This document shows, in pieces, positions 62,242-64,000 of a DNA stretch of 64,000 bases. The position numbers and the translations under genes were made by a program. This DNA comes from Scyliorhinus canicula (lineage: Eukaryota). The stretch lies in assembly GCF_902713615.1 (NCBI RefSeq), contig NW_024055456.1:62001-126000 (forward strand). The letters run 5' to 3'. The first letter of the stretch is position 1; each line of letters starts with the position of its first letter. The notes under the pieces are model-generated. The model was given only the letters and a program-made list of their open reading frames with translations. It was not told the DNA's origin and made no database searches.

Positions 62242-62690
62242 GGCTCCATGGCACAGAAATACACGGCGCAGTCGGAGAGAAGGGCCCCGGTGATAGTTAA
62301 AGGAACCGTTGTGCTTTCTTTATGCAAAACCGCCAAGAACCTGGCTGGTAAATTTGGAGAATTCTTTACACCCCCAGAGCTATATATTGCCATTAAATAT
62401 TTTGGAGCTTTCCCGGGATACTGGATGTACCAGAACAGAGTTTGAAGAGCAGCTGTCGAGTACCTACAATCCAGTGTTACGTTCTGTCCTTCCAGAACCT
62501 TTAATTCAGATCGATCCTGGAACACTGCTTCTTCTCCATTTGTTCCTGAAAAAGACAAATAATGTTTCAAACGTCTGGGAGTGAACATAGCATATGGAAC
62601 ATGTGCATGTGTGATATTGAATATTATAGGAAATATTGACTCACTGAGCAGGATGCTGAGAATGACCATAAAGCAATATGAGGAGAACAT
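62242..62690 (-). CDS. TRAV/TRDV: TCR alpha/delta V gene, intact (family 4)
   Basis: Leader 62690-62645 (MFSSYCFMVILSILL, GTGAGT). V exon 62545-62242: EEAVFQDRSELKVLEGQNVTLDC...FWYIQYPGKAP...DCAVYFCAMEP. RSS CACACTG-22-ACAATAACC (62241-62204). Confidence 0.92.
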
Positions 62691-64000
62691 GGTGCCTGGT
62701 TTAAAGTTGGAAAGAAATAAAATCATGTTTGAAATAAGTTGCAGTTCTAGTCTGATATTAAAGAGTAATCTCCCATCAGCTGCAGACTTCACGCAATGTG
62801 ATTCTGATGGGCGTTTCCCAAGGTCAGGATTGGCTAGTCTCTCAGTTCTCATGAGAGTCGGGCACCAATCGTTCTTGCTCCTGGGCTAACGAACTCCTTC
62901 AGCATTTTCGCTGCCTTGGTGTCTCTCAGCTTTCTCTTCGTGTCTGTCTCTCTCTGCTGTTCGGCTTCCCTGTCGGTATCTCGCCTCTCTTTCTCTCTCT
63001 CTGTCAGAGACACTTTCTCTGTCTCGTTTTCGTTCCATCACGTGGCATTCAAGTTCAGAGGGTAGAAAATCAAATTCATCTCAAATTCCCGTTTCAATCA
63101 ATTCACGAACCAAGGTACAGTGAAGGGACCCGGTGCCGTGATGTGGAAACAATAAGGTCGGAGAAACGAAGAGAGACAAACAAACAGATAACAACAAAAA
63201 CAGAGAAACAAAGGAACATAGTGAGAAAAAAGCATGAAGTGGATGCAGGAATTCAAAATGGGAAGAAAAATAAGACATAAATAATAATCTATTTAAATAT
63301 TAAATAATTGAGAAAATGATATAATCAATTGAATATAACACAACACGTCAAAATAAGTTACTTCACTACGATTTAAACATAATTTAAAATTAATTCCTGT
63401 GTATATTAACCTGCATTAATAATAGTAATAAAAAGGAACCCGTAACCGCTCCCGCCGCAGTCAACAGACAAATATGATGCTGGAGCTCTTTGGTGGGAGG
63501 AACTTTAAATTACACAAGATGATAACTACAGTTCAGACGCCAGAATAAAATGGAGGCAGCAAACGTCTAGTGTATGTTAAATGCATGTATGTTAAACTAC
63601 AAGTTTCGGATACTAAACTGCCAGCGTATATCCCCGTCCTGTACATATGCCACGAACAACACAGAGACCATTTCCCTGAGTTCCACAGTAGAATCTTAAT
63701 CAAACTCGACTCCCTTCACTACCCCCCCTGCCCCCCCCCCCCCCCCCCCCCCCCCATTATACCCTTCCGGGCAGCCAGTTCAGGTTCATTAATGACAGAG
63801 ACTAAAATCAATAGAACATCTTCATCTGCATCCAGCACTTTTTATTCTTCCAGGGAACAGTTTTCAGGACAATTATTGATTAAACAGTCGCTGAGGTCAA
63901 TTAGAGATCAAATTTACCGTTCTGATTTTTACCGTTTTGTTAGTGATCAGCGAAATGTACGGTTAGATTTTCAACCTCTGCAATAAACACAAACTTGTGA

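Overview
Non-bacterial DNA from a cartilaginous fish (shark; the SINE families suggest a catshark-like species, low confidence). The window is part of the variable-segment array of a T-cell receptor alpha/delta-type locus. It has 8 intact-looking TCR V genes (leader + V exon + about 23-bp-spacer RSS; 7 on the minus strand, 1 on plus) and roughly a dozen V pseudogenes or relics from at least 5 families. Embedded among them, on the plus strand at 23.05-24.34 kb, is an intact IgH (IgW-like) leader-VH-D-JH mini-cluster with no recognisable intact constant exon in the 40 kb downstream. It is followed by an apparently leaderless, decayed V with a perfect 23-RSS, which resembles the NAR-TCR cassette layout. 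Other content: a small tRNA cluster at the left edge, a 3.9-kb 35-bp minisatellite, a 7-kb inverted duplication, CTCF-like motifs at fixed positions relative to V promoters and RSSs, and many CR1/L1/Penelope/SINE fragments. Family numbers 1-5 are my own labels. V/D/J/RSS coordinates were counted by hand; repeat boundaries are approximate. Most entries in the ORF track are spurious.
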